A DNA stretch of 64,000 nt from the human T2T-CHM13v2.0 reference genome, Homo sapiens, in NCBI RefSeq assembly GCF_009914755.1, contig NC_060925.1; one strand, 5' to 3'. Position numbers and translations under genes: made by a program. A model generated the notes under the pieces. The model did not search any database and was not told where the DNA came from. It was given only the letters and a program-made list of their open reading frames with translations. Positions 44,416 to 64,000 of this stretch are shown in pieces; position 1 is the first letter of the stretch; every line of letters begins with the position of its first letter.

Positions 44416-44988
44416 CAAAATCCAGCATCCCTTTATGATTAAAACCCTCAGCCAAATCAGCATAGAAGGGACATACCTTAAGTTAATATAAGCCATCTAT
44501 GACAAATCCACAGCCAACAATACACTGAATGGGGAAAAGCTGAAAGCATTCCCCTGAGAACCAGAACAGGACAAGGATGTCCACTCTCACCACTTCTATT
44601 CAACAAAGTACTGCAAGTCCTAGCCAGAGCAATCAGACAAGAGAAAGAAATAAAAGACATCCACATCGGTAAAGAGGAAGTCAAACTGTTGCTGTTTGGT
44701 GGTGATATGATTGTATACCTAGAAAACCCTAAAGACTCATCCAAAAAGCTCCTTGAACTGGTAAATGAATTCAGCAAAATTTCAGGATACAAAATTAATG
44801 TACACAAATCAGTAGCTCTGCTATACACCAACAGCGACCAAGCTGAGACTCAAATGAAGAACTCAACTATTTTCACAATAGCGGCAAAAACAAAACAACA
44901 ACAACAATAACAAAAAAACAACCAAACAAACAAAAACCTTAGGATTTTACTTAACTAAGGATGTGAAAGACCTCTACAGGGCAAACTA
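44416..44988 (+). mobile_element. Internal L1 (L1PB/L1MA-like) ORF2 RT fragment lacking 3'UTR and poly-A
   Basis: Encodes [23 protein letters not shown]; flanked by the near-direct repeats taaatgtccttttcacc and taaatgtccgtttttaacc. Confidence 0.85.
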
Positions 44989-45207
44989 AATGTCCGTTTT
45001 TAACCGCTGGGTGTCTCTGTCCACTTCAGGGCATCCTTTGGAAATGATAGGAACTTACAATGACCACTCACTTACAATTCTAGGCCTCTTGGGTTTTTTC
45101 ATGTTTCTTCTTCATATTCTTGGTTTGAGGAACCCTCTAGAATCATTGTCTATGGCTTTCCTGGCAGACTGAAAGCCGTAAGAATCCTGGCCTTGAGGGC
45201 CATGGGA

Positions 45208-45310
45208 TAGGGTGATCCTGGTTTACCCAGGATGAGGGATTTCCTGAGACTCTGGATTTTCAGTGCTAAAGCTGGGATAGTCCCAGGAAAGTCAGGGCGG
45301 CTGTCAGGAT
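45208..45310. mobile_element. MER94-like hAT-Blackjack MITE
   Basis: 'agggtgatcctggtttacccagga...ttttcagtgctaaagctgggatagtcccagg'. Confidence 0.6.
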
Positions 45311-45919
45311 TTGTGCAGGACCATAATGTCCCTGCTCCAAGGAATGTCCTAGGGTAACTGAGATAGTGGAATATTGGGGCTGGTGTCAGTGGAATATTAC
45401 CAGACTTGACTGAATTTTCTCTGGATCTTACCCTTTTTTCTTTTCCTGAGTGTGGAGCAGAGTATAAGAGAGCTGACCAGTGGGAGAATGCACATTTCAC
45501 AGCTGCAGACAATGGTTACCAACACACTTTTCACCCCTACAATCTATCACTCTCTATTCATTCCTCCAGACAAATCTCTAAACTTTAGTTTCCTTAATGA
45601 CCACATAATCTAGATATACGCAAGTCTAGGCTAATGGCCCATTTATTTCCAGCAGCATTTGAAACAGTGAAATTCTAGCACAGTCAGGGATTCTAGGCTA
45701 TCCCTCGGAGGGGAATGGCCTAAGGAATTGGCTTGTTGTACCAGAGTTGGCTAAATATTTGGTGGGGGATTAATTCATTTCCTCTTTGGGATCTGATTCC
45801 AATGCTTTGGCTGGGCAAGATATCTGTCCTAGATTTCTGCACAAGTGTTTGTGCTTTTATTTATTTGTTTGGGGGGCAGAGAAAGGGCACTTTTTTGTGG
45901 TAGAAAGACTAACATGTAT

Positions 45920-46318
45920 ACAGCCAGTGGAGTTAGCTTGTTCTGGCTCACAAAAGCCAATGGTTAAATTTTAAGAAGCTTGTTATTAAAAACTAAACAA
46001 AGTCAGCCATTATTAACATTATATTATACAAAATTATAATTATATTAAAAACAAAGGTAATAAATACTTAAAGCCCATCACTTAATTATTATTCGATTAT
46101 GTATGTTCTCGAGCTTATATATGTTTATTGTATTTGTATGGTAACAGTACTCCATTATGACATGCCACTGTGCATCTCTTCTCAACTCTGTATTCAGTGG
46201 TGTCAGACTGGTAGCTGAAATCAGCTATGATGGGAGTATTTATGCCACAGATGTTGGCACACATCAAAAATCATCTTCCTGCCTCTGAGAGTCTGTTGTT
46301 GAACATACAGCGGCATAT
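45920..46318. mobile_element. MER63-like hAT-Blackjack element
   Basis: 'ggctcacaaaagccaatggttaaatttt', 'aaaaacaaaggtaataaatact' and 'gagagtctgttgttgaaca'. Confidence 0.65.
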
Positions 46319-46499
46319 ATTCACATAGTTTTTGGTAATAACACAACAACAAATCATATACCAGCATATCACTGTGGAAAGTTATTTACTGAGCCCCTAT
46401 TATATGCTGGGCATAGTTCAAAATGCTTTGTAAATATTTTTCATTCATTCAATAATACTGATTATTATAAATATTCCAGGTATCGTCACTATTTTTATT

Positions 46500-46755
46500 A
46501 GCTAACATTTTTTGGGTATTTGCTGTATGCCTGGCATTCTTCTAAGACCTTCACATGTATTCACAGCTTAATCCCTGGGATAAACCTTTGAAGGAGGTTC
46601 CATTATTATCCTCAATTTATAGATGAGGAAACTGAGGAAGTTATAAATGAAATAATTTTTCCAGGTTCACAGAACTGGTAGTTTGTACATCGATATTAGA
46701 CCCCCCGCAACAACCTGACTCTGGAGCCTGAGCTCTTAACCACTAAACTCTACTG
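46500..46755 (-). mobile_element. MIR
   Basis: 'attatcctcaatttatagatgaggaaactgagg...ctgactctggagcctgagctcttaaccacta'. Confidence 0.8.
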
Positions 46756-47749
46756 TCTTTTCATGGCTGTAGACACCATGAATGTAGCCTTTCAGGGCTA
46801 CATTCTGATGGATGGGGTAGGGGGAGAGATATATTAATCAATAAACACATAAATACGTAGACCTCAGATAGTGATAATTGCCATGAAATAAAAATAAAGC
46901 AAGTCAAGGGTAATAGAAAACACTGAAGTTGGGAGGGCACATTCTGTATTTATTTGATTTTTAACTTAATATTATCCCCATTTTACAGAAGAGGAAACCG
47001 AGGCTCAGCGAGGTTAAATCCACACCAACAGCTAATAAGTGGCTGAACTGGGATTCGCACCTACAGTAGCCTGGTTCCCAAGTCTGTGCATATTCCCTCT
47101 ACATCACACGTCTGCGTCTCTACTTGAAGTTCTTAGGTTACCAGGCCTTTGTTTCAAGCTTGATTTCATGTGCAGAGTCAGCTCAGCTGGAATCTGCCTT
47201 GTGTCGGTACTCATTTGTTTCTCTGCCCCTCCACAGCCATATGAGAGAATAAACAGATGTTCAGTTCACAGTGATGCTGCAGCCTGCATGAGTGAGTGTA
47301 ATGTCTGAAATGTGGAACCAACCACATGGCCCTTCTCCACGCTGGTCAGTGAGGGGGCTTTGTCAGTGAAAACAGACTTATTGTGGCTAATGTAGGTCGC
47401 AGGTGGGAAAGGACGGGGACTGACAAAGAGTTTAACTGGATTCCATTGGCACTCAAAACAAGCTCAGTGAATAGGCATTGCAGGGGTTTGTGGGAGCTGC
47501 TCTTTAAATCACCCTGCATTGCCCCACTGGAAGTACTGTATTTAATGTCAACTTGCTTTGACCTTTAGTTTTGGTGGCATTTACTAATTCTATGAAAGCA
47601 GCCATTTCTCATGATCCCTGCAGCTTAATAGAAATTCAGATCATTAGTTAAACCCAGACCCAATCCATGCAGAAGTGAAAGTCTCTAAAATGTGTCCTCA
47701 CAACCTAGGGAAAGATACAGGATGACCTCCACTATTTCAGTTCATTTGA

Positions 47750-48109
<360 letters not shown>

Positions 48110-48255
48110 TTAATAATAGGTCAAAGCATCAGTTTGACATGTTTTGGGAAACCAACAAAAGCCAGATTTTTCAGTGGGCCTGACTCTTGGATGGAAGAAA
48201 ACTCCCTGATTACAAATATTTCACGGTTCCTTATCACTCAGTGATAGCCACCTCT

Positions 48256-48869
48256 TGTATCAGTTCCACTGCTACTGTAACAAATTGTCACAAATTTAGC
48301 AGCTTAAAACAATACTCATTCACAATCTCAGGGTTCAGGCATAAGTCCAAGTGGGCTCAGCAGCATTCTCTGCTCATGGGCTCACAATGCCAAAGTCAAG
48401 ATGTTGACCAGGTGGGGCTCTTATCTGGAGGCTTGTGGGTGGGGCGGGAAGCGGGATCTGCTTCCAGTCTCATTCAGATTGTTAGCAGAATTCAGTGTTT
48501 TGAGTAGTAGGAGCAAGGTCCCAGTTTCCTTCCTGGCTGTCAGCTGGGGGTTGTTTTCACTTCTGGAGGGCACCATATTCCCTTCATCTTCAAATCAGCA
48601 ATGGCAGATCAAGAATCTTTGTCACATTTTGAATCTCTTTGACGTTTCTGCCACATTTCTCCTGCTTCCAGCCAGAGAAAGTTGCCTGCTTTTGAGTTCT
48701 CCTGTGATTAGATTGGATCCACCTGGATAATCTAGGCTACCATCCGTGTCATAAGGTTTGTAACCTTAATAACATCTGCAAGTCCCTTTTGTCATTTGAT
48801 GTAACATGTTCACAGTTCCTGAGGATTGGAACATGGCCTTTGGGGTCGGGGAGGATTCTGCCTATCATA
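48256..48869 (-). mobile_element. MLT1E/F-like solo LTR
   Basis: 'tgtaacaaattgtcacaaatttagcagcttaaaacaa...attctgcctatcata', ~610 bp. Confidence 0.75.
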
Positions 48870-49109
48870 CTTGTATCTCCTTGACCCCTATGGAGCTCAG
48901 ATACCTGGCTCACAGGATTCTGTAGGGAATATTTGTGAAAGTGCTTTGAAAGCTAAAAGTACAATACAACTGCGAGGTGTGAGACCTGTCTTAGAGGTGA
49001 GAATAAACAGATGTATAGTTAGGTCAACCAATTTTTTGTGAAAATGACTGTTTACAATTATGATTTTTCTACCTCTTAATATTATAATAGCTCCTCTAAG
49101 GACATTTAC

Positions 49110-50250
49110 TCACTCATCCTTTTCATAGTATTGATTGAGCACTTACGATGTGCCTGGCACAATTCTAAGTACTGAGAATTAGCAGTACAGAACAGGCAAA
49201 ATTTCCTCCTCTCATGAAACTTATATTCCAGCATTGGAAAACACAAGATAAATTATACCATATATTAGAAAATTAAAAATGTTATGACAGAACATAAAAG
49301 AGGAGGGAGAAAGGGAGTACCCTTCTGGGATAGGAGTAGGTTGTAGCTTTAAGTAAGCATGGTCAGGTAAGGCCTCACTGGGAAGGTGACCTTTCAGCAG
49401 AGGCTGGAAGGAGAGGTAAACAAGGCAGAATGAACTGCAGAAGATAGTTAGAAAGATGGGCATTGTCTGTATGTGTATAAATAGTTTTTTGGTTTTTTTT
49501 TTTTTTTGCCACGAGAGTGGATGAGTTCTTAACAAGAGTAAATTCAGACATGGAATAGAAGAACGCTGATGAATGAGTCCTGAGGTACTCCACAGTTAGA
49601 GGGCAAGGAGACAAGGAGTTGTCAGCAAGGGAAGGTGAGAGTGAGCAGCTGGTCAAGCTGGGCACTATCAGGAGAGGGCAATATTCTAAGACAGTGCTTC
49701 CAGGTGAAGGGCTTGTTCCTCTGTGTTAAATGTTGCTCATGGGTCAAGCAAGATAAGAATGGGTAATTGACCTTTGGATTTAATAATTTGAGGTTTCTAG
49801 TTAAACCACATTCTAATTGGAGAATCTCCAGAGAAAATAAGAGGAGAAGATTTGAAGATAGCAGTAAGTATAGACTACTCAGGTGTTCTGAAGAGGAGCA
49901 AAGAAGTGGGGAAATACCTGGAGGGCCACATGTGGACAAGAGATTTTTTTTCAAGATCAGATAGCATATTTGTGTGCTGATGAAAATGAGGAAGTAGAGG
50001 ACAAATAGAGGAGTAGGAGACAGAATGGTCATTTCTTTGGCCTGAAGGAGATGGGTTCTGGAGTAGGGGTTGACCTTGAATGGCAGGACAGAAAATACAT
50101 CCATGGTAACAGGAGTCAAGGCAGAGCATACTGGCCTAGATGCAGGTAGTGGGGTAGATGCAGAGGTGAAAGTTTGTGGATGTGCTTTTCTGGTGGCTTC
50201 TCTTTTCTCAGGAAAATAGAAAGGAAGGTCATCAGGGGAAGGTTAGGGAA
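49110..50250 (-). mobile_element. L2 LINE fragments
   Basis: 'tattgattgagcacttacgatgtgcctggcac' L2 3' end, followed by purine-rich L2 body. Confidence 0.65.
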
Positions 50251-50323
50251 GGGAAATAGACTAAAGAGATGACCCTCTTGTGGTGTGGCCACTGATGAAC
50301 AGGAGCTGAGACCTGAAGACCTA

Positions 50324-50620
<297 letters not shown>

Positions 50621-52704
50621 TTATGGTTGTTTCTTACTAAATACCTGTTTAATCAGCACAATTAACCTGTTCCCTAAATTAGTACACACAACCACCCATG
50701 AAATTAGCAATTACTGTCCTCATTATTATGCCCGTTTACAGAGGAGAAAACTGAGATTCAGGGTGTTTCAGAAATTTATTCAAATTCTTATAATTAGTGT
50801 ATCAGCTATGATCAGATTAGGCTGTCCAGAGGTGGTTTGGTGGCTTTGCTTCCTGAGGTCCTTGGAACCCGGGCTCCTTGTATCTCTTCATCTTGTGTGT
50901 GGCCTTTATTCACCCATTACCTGGTAGTCCAAGATGGCTGCTCAAGCTGCAGTCATCATGTTCCCTAACCATTCTGCAAAGAGGAAGAGATGAAGAAGGG
51001 AAAAGACATTTCACCTGTCTTTGGGGAAGGTTTCTGGAAACTTCCATTTGGCATTCTGTATACATCTTATTGTCCTGAGATTAGTTCCATGACCACATGT
51101 GGCCACATATAATGCAGAGAAATGTAAATTTTATTTTGGATGGCATAGTCCCAACTAAATTTCCATTATAATGCACTAATGTATGGAGATTCCCTACTCA
51201 GGGGACTTGTATTCTCTGTCAGTGTCATTACACTTAATCACTTAACTGCCTTGCCTTCTCACCTCTCCCTGATTCCCAATGCTCATGTCTCAGAATTTGC
51301 TTCTCTATTCCTATTCACTAACTGTTGAGTCCCAGAATCCAGTAAAAAATTTGTCATTGCCTTTTGAGGGAGGTAACAATTCAGTAAAATGAGCAAGAAC
51401 TTTGAAGCCAAATAGACTTGGCTTCAAATCTAGGCTTAAGTACCTACTGCCTCTATCAACGTGAGAAAGATACTTAAATCCTCCGACCTCCTGTTGCCTG
51501 CCAATTGATAAAATTAAACCTAATTTACAAGGCTGAGGAGAGAATGAAGTGAGGTAATATATATGACTGTATTTGACATCTGTGGTTTCTCAAGGCATCT
51601 ATGTCCTTCTTTTCCCTGGTGATCTAGTTAATGGAGAGGCTCAGTGAATCCAGAGACCCTCCGTGGTGGGCATTTGCTGATTGCTAACTAGCATCCTGCC
51701 CCTCCTCTGCCTGCCTAACAGCATCCAGATTTTGGATTCTGTAGGATTATAATCTCTCTCCTCCATTATGTAGTGGCCATGGAATCTGGAGGGGGTTGAC
51801 ACCCTCTCCTGCCCCTTACCAGCTCTGGGGGAGACTTTGATTGATGAAAGTGTCTTTGAGAGCAGAGGGGCAATGTTATTCTTTTACATTCAAGTTTCTC
51901 TCAGGCATTTAAAACATCACCGGAGTAATTGATTAAGCAGTTGATTGAATGGGTCTTGGGGAAACACTGGGCTTGTGGAGGGAATTTCCAGGGAAAAGCT
52001 GTGTCTGACACTGTTGTGAATGAGCCAGCAGCGGAGCCAGTCAACCGTGGCCGCTGTGGCCTGGTGATTATCACGTTGGTATGTTCTAATATGACAGCTG
52101 GGAATCTCACCAACCAGACCCACCTGATCAGCAATGAAGTGTTTCTATTCTAATCATCTTTTGGGACTGTGGCTGGCATCAAGCATTGGAACAAAAAGTG
52201 CTTCTCGGGCATCTGCCTTTTATTAGTGAAATCCATTCCTGTATGAAGGCTTATTCTTCTCATGGCAGAGAAGTGATGTCTTTTACAAAGGTGGTTTGCC
52301 TATCTTTGCTCTGCCTGCCGGCTTTATAGAGTTCTGGGTTCATACTAGAGGCCTTTTGAACACCCCAGGTCATGCTTGGTTTAAAGAATCTTACCTTCAC
52401 TTCTGGTCTGGTTGCTGTGGTCTAGAAGCAGACCTGCCTTAGACTTTCAGCAGATGGAAGAAAGGAAGGAAACTAATTGTGATTGTGCACTGGCTCCATC
52501 ATGACCTTGGACAAGACTCTTCTGTGAAATGAGGGAAGTAAGACCTCCCCTTCAGTATTTTGGAGAGGAATAAATGAGATATGTGTTTAATATACTTAGT
52601 ATAATCTGGCGCTTAGTAAAGACTTAATCAAATACTGGCAGTGATTATTATCAAACTCATGAGCACAATGGTTGGCATAAAGCCACCCCTCCATGAATGT
52701 TGGC

Positions 52705-52744
52705 TATTATTATTATTATTATTATTACTCTTCATATTATTATT
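52705..52744. repeat. (TAT)n microsatellite at the L1MC tail
   Basis: Directly visible. Confidence 0.85.
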
Positions 52745-54925
52745 TTGAAGACTATTTTTATAGCAGTTTTAGGTTCACAGCAAAACCAACTGGAAGGTCC
52801 AGAGCCTGTAACCCTCTTCGTCCCCATGTATACACAGCTTCCCCTACTACCAATATCCCACACCACAGTGGTACATTTTTTACAAAAATGAACCTACATT
52901 GACCCATTATTATCACATAAGTCCATAGTTTTTATTAGAGTTCACTCTTGGTGTTGTACATTCTACAGATTTGACAGGTATATAATTACATGTAACTGCC
53001 ATTATAATATCAAGCAGAATTCTTTTACTGCTTTAAAAATCCTCCGTGCTCCTGCTACTCATTCTTCCCTCCCCTCAACACCTGACAACAACTGATCCTT
53101 TCTGCCTTTTTTAGAATGTCATATTGTTTGAATCATACAGCACATAGCCTTTCCAGATTGGCTTCCTTCACTTAGTAATATGCATTTAAATTTTATCCAT
53201 GTGTTTTCATGGCTTGATAGCTTTTTTAAAAACTTCTGAATAATATATCATTGTTTGGATGCACCATAGTTTATTTAACCATTCACCTACTGAATGACAT
53301 TTTGGTTGGTTACAAGTTTTGGCAATCACGAATAAAGCTACTATTAATATCTATGAGCAGATTTTTGTGTGAACATATGTTTTTAATTCATTTGAGTAAA
53401 TATCAATGATCATGACTGTCAGATTATATGGTAAGTATATTTAATTTTGCAAGAAATTGCTAAATTGTTTTCCAAAGTGGCTGTACCATTTTTCATTCCC
53501 ATCAGCACTGAATGAAAGTTCCTGTTGCTCTGTATCCTCACAACATTTGGTATTGTCAGGGTTGTAGATTTTGTCATTCTAGTAGGTGGTATCTCATTGT
53601 TGCTTTAATTTGCGTTGTTGCTCCAATTACATATGATTTTGGGCATCTTTTCATATGCTTATTTGCCACCTGTATATCTTCATTGGCAAGGTATCTATTC
53701 AGGCCTTTTGCCTATTTTTTAATCAAGATGTTGGTTTTCTTATTGTTGAGTTTTAAGAGAGCTTTGTATATTTTGGATAACAGCACTTTATCAGATATGT
53801 CTTTTGCAAATATTTTCTCCCAGTCTGTGGCTTGTCTTCTCATTCTCCTGACAATATCTTTTGCAAAGCAGAAGTTTTTAATTTTAATGAAGTCCAGCTT
53901 ATCAATTATCTCTTTCATGGACTGTGGCTTGGTGTTGGACCTAAAAAATCATCACCACATCTAGGGTCATCTAGGTTTTCTTCTATGCTATCTTGTAAGT
54001 GTTTTATGGTTTTGCATTTTACATTCATGTCTGTGATCCATTTTGAGTTAAATGCAGGAAAAGCTTTTTTTGAGTGGTATAAGGTGTGGCTAAATTCTTC
54101 TTCTTCTTTTTTTTTTTTTTTTTTTGCATTTGGATGTGTAATTGTTCCAGCACCATTTGTTGAAAAGACTATCTTTTATCCATGTATTGCCTTTGCTCCT
54201 TTGTTAAACATCAGTTGACCATGTTTATGTGCACTTATTTCTAGCTTTTCTATTATGTTTCATTGATATATTTGTCTATTCTTGGACCAATATCACACTG
54301 TCTTGATTACTGTAGCTTTTTAGTAGGTCTTGGAGTTCAGAGTGTCAGTCCTCTGACTTTGTTCTTCTATATTGCGTTGGCTGTTCTGGGTCTTTAGCAT
54401 CTCTATATAAAGTTTAGAACATAATTGTTGATATCCACAAAATAACTTGCTGAGATTTTGTTTAGGATTGTGTTGAATCTATAGATCAAGTGGGAAAGAA
54501 CTGATGCTTTAACAATATTTTATCTTCCTCTCCATGAATATAGAATATCTCTCCATGTATGTAGGTCTTTGATTTCTTTCATCACAGTTTTGTAGTTTTC
54601 CTCGTATAAATCTTATACATATATTTTTAGATATATACAGAAGTATATATCTCAGATTATATATAAGTATTTTATTTGGGGGAATGCTAATGTAAATGGT
54701 AATGTGTTTCTAATTTAAACTTCCATTTGTTGGCATATAGGAAAGTGATTGAATTTTGTATATTAACTTTGTATCCTGCAACCTTGCTATAATCTTTTAT
54801 TAGTTCCAGGAGATTTTTCTTCTTATTGTTGTTGATCCTTTAGGATTTTCTACATAGACAATCATGTCATCTACAAATAAAGATAGTTTTATTTCTTCCA
54901 CCCCAATATGTATACCATTTATTTT

Positions 54926-61075
<6,150 letters not shown>

Positions 61076-62273
61076 TACCATTTTATTTTCTTGTCTTATT
61101 GCATTACTAAAACTTACAGTATGATGTTGAAAGAGTGTTTAGAGGGGGCATCTTGCCTTCCTCCTGATCTTAGTGTGAAAGCTTCTAGTGTCACCATTAA
61201 ATATTATGTTAACTCTATATTTTTTAATTGATGTTCTTAATCAAATTGAGTAAATTTCCCTCTATTCCTAATTTGCTGAGCATTTTTTCTTTTTTCGTGA
61301 GTTGATGTTGGATTTTTGTCATTGCTTTTTCTGCATCTACTGATATGATTTGTGATTTTTCCTCTTTAGCCTGTGATAAATAAATTAATTGACTTTTAAA
61401 TATGGAACAAGACTTGCATACCTGGAATAAGTCCCACTAGTTTCATTGCATAATTCTTTTTATTCATTGTTGGATTCCATTTGCTAATATTATGTTGATA
61501 ATTTTTATTTTTATTTTCATAAAGGATATTGGTCTATAGTTTTCTTTTCTTGTACTGTCTTTGGTTTTGGTATTAGGTTTTGCTAGCCTCATAGAATGAG
61601 TTAGGAAATATTCCTTCTGATTCTATCTTCTGGTAGATACTGCAGAGAATTGGTGTATTTTCTTCCTTAGATGTTTGATAGGATTCACCAGTGAACCTAT
61701 CTAGACCTAGTGTCTTCTTTTTTGAAAGGTTATCAGATATTGATTGTTTCTTTAATAGATACAGGCCTATTTAAGTTTTTAATTTATTCTTGTGTGAGTT
61801 TTGGCAGATTGTTTCTTCCACAGAATTGGCCCATTTTATGTAGGTTATCAAATTTGTGAGTATGGTATTGTTCCTAATTTTCCTTTATTATCATTTTAAT
61901 GTCTATTAGAGCTGTAGTTATGTTCCCTCTTTCATTTCTGGTATTAGTAATTTGTGTCATTTCCCCTTTTTTCTTAGCCTGGCTAGAGGCTTATCAATTT
62001 TATTGACCTTTTCTAAGAACCAGCTTTTGGTTTCATTGATTTTTCTCTATTGATTTCTTGTTTTCAATTTAATTGATTCTTTTGCCTTGGTTTTTATTAT
62101 TTCTTTTTTTCTGTTTACTTTGTGTTTAATTTACTCTCCTCATTCTAATTTCTTGAGGTGGAAGATCAGGTTATTGATTTTTGATCTTTGTTTTTTCTTT
62201 AATTCAATTTAATGCATATTAAATGTATAGCATTTAATTTTTTTACAAATTTAATTCTTACAAATTTTATTAA

Positions 62274-62641
<368 letters not shown>

Positions 62642-63769
62642 AGTTCAAAATATTTTTAAATTTCTCTTGAAAATTTCTTCTTTGACCCATGTGTTATTTA
62701 GAAGTGTGCTACTTAGTCTCCAAGTGTTTTGGAATTTTCCACCCATCTTTTTGTTACTGATTTTTAGTTTAATTCAATCATAGATCATGATGATCTGAGA
62801 GTAGATATTATATAAACTGTATTCTTTTAAATTTGTTAAGGTGTGTTTTATGTCCCAGAATGTGGTGCATCTTGATGTATGTTCCATGTGAGCTTGGTAA
62901 GAATGTGTACTCTACTGTTGTTGGATAAGGTAGTCTACAGATGACAATTATATCCAGCCAATTCATGGAACTGTTGAGTTCAGCTATGTTCTTACTGATT
63001 TCCTGTTTATTGGACCTGTCCATTTCTGGTACAAGGATTTTTAAGTCTCCAGATATAATAGGGGATTCATCTATTTCTCTTTGCATTTTTATCAGTTTTT
63101 ACCTAATGCATTTTGATGTTTCATTGTTATATGCATATACCTGAAGGTTTATTATGTCTTCCTGGAGAAATGACCTTTTCATCATTATGTAACGCACCTC
63201 TATTCTTGTTAACTTTCCTTGCTCTGAAGTCTGCTCTGACTGATTTTATATTGACTTTATAGCTACTCCATCTCTATTTTGATTACTATTAATGTGGCAT
63301 ATTCTTCTCCATCCCTTTACTTTTAATTTATATGTGTCATTATATTTATAGTGGGTTTCCTGTAGATATCTCATAGTTGGGTCTTGACTTTTTTAATCCA
63401 CTCTGACAATCTCTGTCTTTTAATTGATGTATTTAAATCATTGGTGTTTAAAGAAATTATTGATATAGCTGGATTAATATTTACCATATTCATAACTATT
63501 TTCTATTGCCCTTTTAATTTTTTCCTACTTTTAATTTTCCACCCTTTTTCTGCACTTTGTGGTTTTAATTGAACATTTTTTATAATTTTATATGAGCACT
63601 TATATGATTTTTTCTCCTTTCTTAGCATATTAATCATACTTCCTTTTACATTTTTTAGTGGTTGCCCTACAGTTTGCAATATGCATTTACAACAAATCAA
63701 ATTTCACTTTCAAATGACATTGTATCGCTTCACAGGTTGTACAATACCTTACAATAATGAAAAATTGCT

Positions 63770-64000
63770 GGCTGAGCGCGGTGGCTCATGCCTGTAATCC
63801 CAGCACTTTGGGAGGCCGAGGCGGGTGGATCACGAGGTCAGGAGATCGAGACCATCCTGGCTAACACGTTGAAACCCCATCTCTACTAAAAATACAAAAA
63901 AAATTAGCCGGGCGTGGTGGCAGGTTCCTGTAGTCCCAGCTACTCGGGAGGCTGAGGCAGGAGAATGGCATGAACCCGGGAGTCAGAGCTTGCAGTGAGC
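63770..64000 (+). mobile_element. AluY, cut by the window end
   Basis: 'cacgaggtcaggagatcgagaccatcctggctaacacg'. Confidence 0.95.

Overview
This is primate (human-like) intergenic or intronic DNA, more than half of it transposable-element debris: L1, Alu, MIR/L2, MLT1 LTRs, MER DNA transposons and one ancient CR1. I see no intact protein-coding gene; nearly all ORFs in the track are L1/Alu fragments or chance frames. Main structures: (1) a full-CDS processed EWSR1 pseudogene (minus strand, 19477-21675), nested inside an L1PA13-like element that is itself nested in an older L1MB. Its three internal stops cluster so that the low-complexity activation domain (244 aa) and the RGG/RRM module remain as two separate ORFs. 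(2) A twin-primed, 5'-inverted L1PA3 (10564-14550) carrying a ~30-nt candidate 3' transduction. (3) A full-length L1PA4 (54926-61075) that keeps the 129-bp ZNF93-bound segment but has a mutated YY1 site, a mutated ORF1 start and a truncated ORF0. (4) A tail-less internal L1 ORF2 fragment with an apparent TSD (internal priming). (5) A degenerate 13-14-bp minisatellite and a CR1/L3 RT remnant. Subfamily names and EWSR1 comparisons come from remembered consensus sequences, not a database search. I found no evidence for a wholly new biological system; the best leads are retrotransposition footprints and the split EWSR1 retrocopy.
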